Origin: Gammaproteobacteria bacterium
GTDB taxonomy: Bacteria > Pseudomonadota > Gammaproteobacteria > Eutrophobiales > Eutrophobiaceae
Direction: 5' to 3'
DNA length: 64,000 nt
Assembly: GCA_030829985.1 (NCBI GenBank)
Contig: JAURNW010000035.1
Location: 4,091-68,090, forward strand
This document shows, in pieces, positions 61,409 through 64,000 of this stretch (its first letter is position 1; each line of letters starts with the position of its first letter). The position numbers and the translations under genes are program-made. The notes below the pieces were generated by a model, which saw nothing but the letters and a program-made list of their open reading frames with translations, was not told the DNA's origin and made no database searches.

Positions 61409-62329
61409 ATGAGTATGGATGATCGTGATGGTGTTATTTGGCTTGATGGTGAATTTGTTCCCTGGCGAGAGGCAAAAACCCACGTACTGACCCACACCCT
61501 GCATTACGGCATGGGGGTATTTGAAGGTATACGCGCTTATAAAACGGACAGCGGCACAGCCATCTTCAGGCTTGAAGATCACACCAATCGCTTATTTTCT
61601 TCTGCACACATATTAAATATGCCGATGCCTTACGATAAGGCGGCCATTAATAAAGCTTGTCTAGGTGCGGTTAAAAATAACAAGCTCGATAGCGCCTATA
61701 TCCGCCCAATGTGTTTCTATGGCTCCGAAGGTATGGGGCTACGCGCGGATAATCTTGAAGTGCATGTGATGATTGCCGCTTGGGCATGGGGTTCTTATCT
61801 TGGTGCCGATGGTCTTGAGAAGGGCATTCGGATAAAAACCTCTTCATTTACACGTCACCATGTCAATATCACTATGTGTAAGGCCAAGGCTAATGGGAAT
61901 TATATGAATTCGATGCTAGCACTGCAGGAAGCGCTGGCCGGAGGTTATGATGAAGCTTTGCTATTAGATGCAGAGGGCTATGTCGCTGAAGGCAGTGGAG
62001 AAAATATATTTATTATTCGTAATGGCATTATTTATACTCCCGACTTAACTTCCGCGCTCGAGGGCATTACCCGTGAAACCATTATACAGTTTGCCCGTGA
62101 AAATAATCTAACTGTAAAAGAAAAAAGAATCACTCGTGATGAGGTATATATCGCTGACGAAGCATTTTTTACCGGAACGGCTGCCGAAGTAACACCGATC
62201 CGTGAGCTTGATGGGCGGCAAATTGGAAATGGTAAGCGCGGTCCAATTACAGAAAAACTTCAAAGACGCTACTTCGACTGTGTTGAAGGAAAGCTGGATG
62301 AGTATAAAAATTGGTTAAGCTATGTATAA
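61409..62329 (+). CDS. ilvE: Branched-chain amino acid aminotransferase
   Basis: LHYGMGVFEG, KAKANGNY, EGSGEN, LEGITR and TGTAAEV. Confidence 0.96.
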   Translation: MSMDDRDGVIWLDGEFVPWREAKTHVLTHTLHYGMGVFEGIRAYKTDSGTAIFRLEDHTNRLFSSAHILNMPMPYDKAAINKACLGAVKNNKLDSAYIRPMCFYGSEGMGLRADNLEVHVMIAAWAWGSYLGADGLEKGIRIKTSSFTRHHVNITMCKAKANGNYMNSMLALQEALAGGYDEALLLDAEGYVAEGSGENIFIIRNGIIYTPDLTSALEGITRETIIQFARENNLTVKEKRITRDEVYIADEAFFTGTAAEVTPIRELDGRQIGNGKRGPITEKLQRRYFDCVEGKLDEYKNWLSYV

Positions 62330-62341
62330 CGAGGTAACCCT

Positions 62342-62545
62342 ATGAATGAATCAATACAAGATACTGCAACAGTTTCTACCAGTAGCGAGTCCGTTTTTCG
62401 TATCAAGAAAGACCAGTTGCCTCTACATTGCCCTTTACCCATAATGAGTCTTTGGAATCAACACCCACGAGTTTATCTGCCTATTGATAGTACCGGAAAA
62501 TCAAAATGCCCATACTGTGGCAGTGAGTTCATTCTCGAGGATTAA
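62342..62545 (+). CDS. Zinc-finger (zf-CHCC) small protein
   Basis: LPLHCP...WNQHPRVYL...CPYCG; usual neighbour of ilvE. Confidence 0.88.
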   Translation: MNESIQDTATVSTSSESVFRIKKDQLPLHCPLPIMSLWNQHPRVYLPIDSTGKSKCPYCGSEFILED

Positions 62546-62567
62546 CTGATTTAATAATCAGGAAAAC

Positions 62568-63476
62568 ATGGCTCTCAATATATGGCGCTTTACTGATGGT
62601 AAACCCGGCCACGACTCACAAAGCATCGGATTATGCACGGCCATTGAACAACTAAAAACATGTCATCGCTTTGATGTTTCTGCAACCCCGCTGATAAACA
62701 GTATTGCCCTGTTTTTAGCCGGGCGTTTCAACTCAGACAAGGACTTACCCAAACCAGACCTTATAATCGGTGCCGGGCATGGCACGCATTTATCAATGCT
62801 GGCTGCACAACGCGCTCATGGCGGCCAAACCATTGTGTTAATGAAGCCTAGTTTGCCTCGTTCCTTGTTTGATGTCTGCATAATTCCAAAACACGATCTA
62901 GTGCCCGACAGTAGTCGCGTTATTACTACCGAAGGCGCCCTAAACCCGGTTCAATCTAATAAAAACAAGTCCCCTGATTCAGGCCTGATTCTGCTAGGTG
63001 GATTATCCAGGCATTACCATTGGAGTGAGGAAACGGTAATTGAACAGCTTGAGACTATAATTACGAGCATGTCCGATGTTAATTGGATTATCGCGGATTC
63101 ACCGCGCACACCTGAATCCATTTTGACAAAACTGGATAAACAAAATCACAAGAACATACATTTATTAAATTATTCCGAAACAAATACCACTCAGATTCAT
63201 AACCTTATTTTCGATGCGAATTACATCTGGGTATCGGTAGACAGCGTCTCAATGATATACGAATCACTTTCATCCGGCGCATCGGTGGGCTTGATAGAAC
63301 TTAAAAACAAAGAAAAATCGCGTATGGCTAACGCTATAAGCTCACTGGTAAATGAGAATAAATTAACCACATTTAGTAAGTGGCAACAAGATCGTGTCAT
63401 GGTGCCGGGCCTGAGTAATTTTAATGAAGCGAAAAGAAGCGCTGATTTACTGCTTGCCAGAGGTATTTTAGGTTAG
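62568..63476 (+). CDS. ELM1/GtrOC1-family putative glycosyltransferase-associated protein
   Basis: DGKPGHDSQSIGL, PKHD, SPRTP and DSVSMIYE. Confidence 0.85.
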   Translation: MALNIWRFTDGKPGHDSQSIGLCTAIEQLKTCHRFDVSATPLINSIALFLAGRFNSDKDLPKPDLIIGAGHGTHLSMLAAQRAHGGQTIVLMKPSLPRSLFDVCIIPKHDLVPDSSRVITTEGALNPVQSNKNKSPDSGLILLGGLSRHYHWSEETVIEQLETIITSMSDVNWIIADSPRTPESILTKLDKQNHKNIHLLNYSETNTTQIHNLIFDANYIWVSVDSVSMIYESLSSGASVGLIELKNKEKSRMANAISSLVNENKLTTFSKWQQDRVMVPGLSNFNEAKRSADLLLARGILG

Positions 63477-63630
63477 CACTTATTTACTAAAATCTCGCTC
63501 ATCCAGCGTGATAGCGCGGCAATGCCTTTCATGATCGATTGAGATCTCTGTTTATTGGCGAAAGGCTTACTGTATTAAGTTAATATAACCCACCAATTAT
63601 TAATAAATCTTCACATACTTAAAGACAACC

Positions 63631-64000
63631 GTGAAACCAACTGTATTACAAATTCTTCCGGAGCTTGATTGTGGCGGTGTTGAGCGGGGCACGCTTGATG
63701 TTGCTTCGGAACTTGTTCGTCGAGGACATCGCTCCATTGTTATTTCCGGGCCAGGCAGGCTTGTTCCAGAATTAATAGATAGCGGCAGTGAGCACATTAA
63801 TTTACCCGTAGGCAAAAAATCTCTGATCAGTGCCGTCACATTAATACCAACGTTACGTAAGCTGTTTGAAGAAGAGCCTATTGATGTCATTCATGCACGC
63901 TCAAGACTACCAGCATGGCTAGCGTATTTGGCCTGGAAAAAGCTCAAGCCTGAGAACAAGCCGATTTTTATCACTACTGTGCACGGCCCCTACACAGTAA
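63631..64000 (+). CDS. Glycosyltransferase family 4, partial (runs off the window end)
   Basis: Manual translation from GTG 63631: MKPTVLQILPELDCGGVERGT...RGH...IHARSRLPAW...TTVHG. Confidence 0.88.
   Translation, partial: MKPTVLQILPELDCGGVERGTLDVASELVRRGHRSIVISGPGRLVPELIDSGSEHINLPVGKKSLISAVTLIPTLRKLFEEEPIDVIHARSRLPAWLAYLAWKKLKPENKPIFITTVHGPYTV

Noticed and set aside
63600..63890. 96-aa minus-strand ORF
   Set aside because: Antisense to the partial GT4 glycosyltransferase starting at 63631.

Overview
Chromosomal window from a basal, roughly low-to-mid GC gammaproteobacterium. HprK, a non-discriminating AspRS, PPi-dependent PFK and SoxYZ fit a Chromatiales/Methylococcales/Thiotrichales-like lineage; this placement is inference. 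From about 17 kb onward it is mostly conserved housekeeping DNA: tRNA-Lys, fmdB-DUF502-aspS-nadA, ppk2, yebC-ruvCAB-ybgC-tolQRAB-pal-cpoB-queEC, murU-amgK, yrbG-kdsDC-lptCAB-rpoN-hpf-ptsN-hprK-rapZ-PTS-mgtE, polA, hisAFIE-tatABC and ilvE. The first 17 kb is more accessory-like and holds the best leads. (1) A two-gene unit pairs an RhlA/PhaG-like acyltransferase with a JmjC-type Fe(II)/2OG dioxygenase, with no rhlB or phaC. (2) An AlgE-family outer-membrane barrel and a tungstate-binding TupA with no permease or ATPase lie divergent from a ModE/FdsR-like regulator, across two ATATG-N10-CATAT palindromes. (3) A plant/Leptospira-type K+-dependent membrane pyrophosphatase sits next to a decayed fragment of a K+-independent one, which the ORF track misses. 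(4) An orphan soxYZ pair lies between two proteases. Also seen: an FNR-like site at -41.5 upstream of ppk2, an unannotated 49-aa ORF and a degenerate GAF-GGDEF protein. No CRISPR array, IS, integrase, prophage or rRNA was seen. All family calls come from motif recognition by eye, not from database searches.
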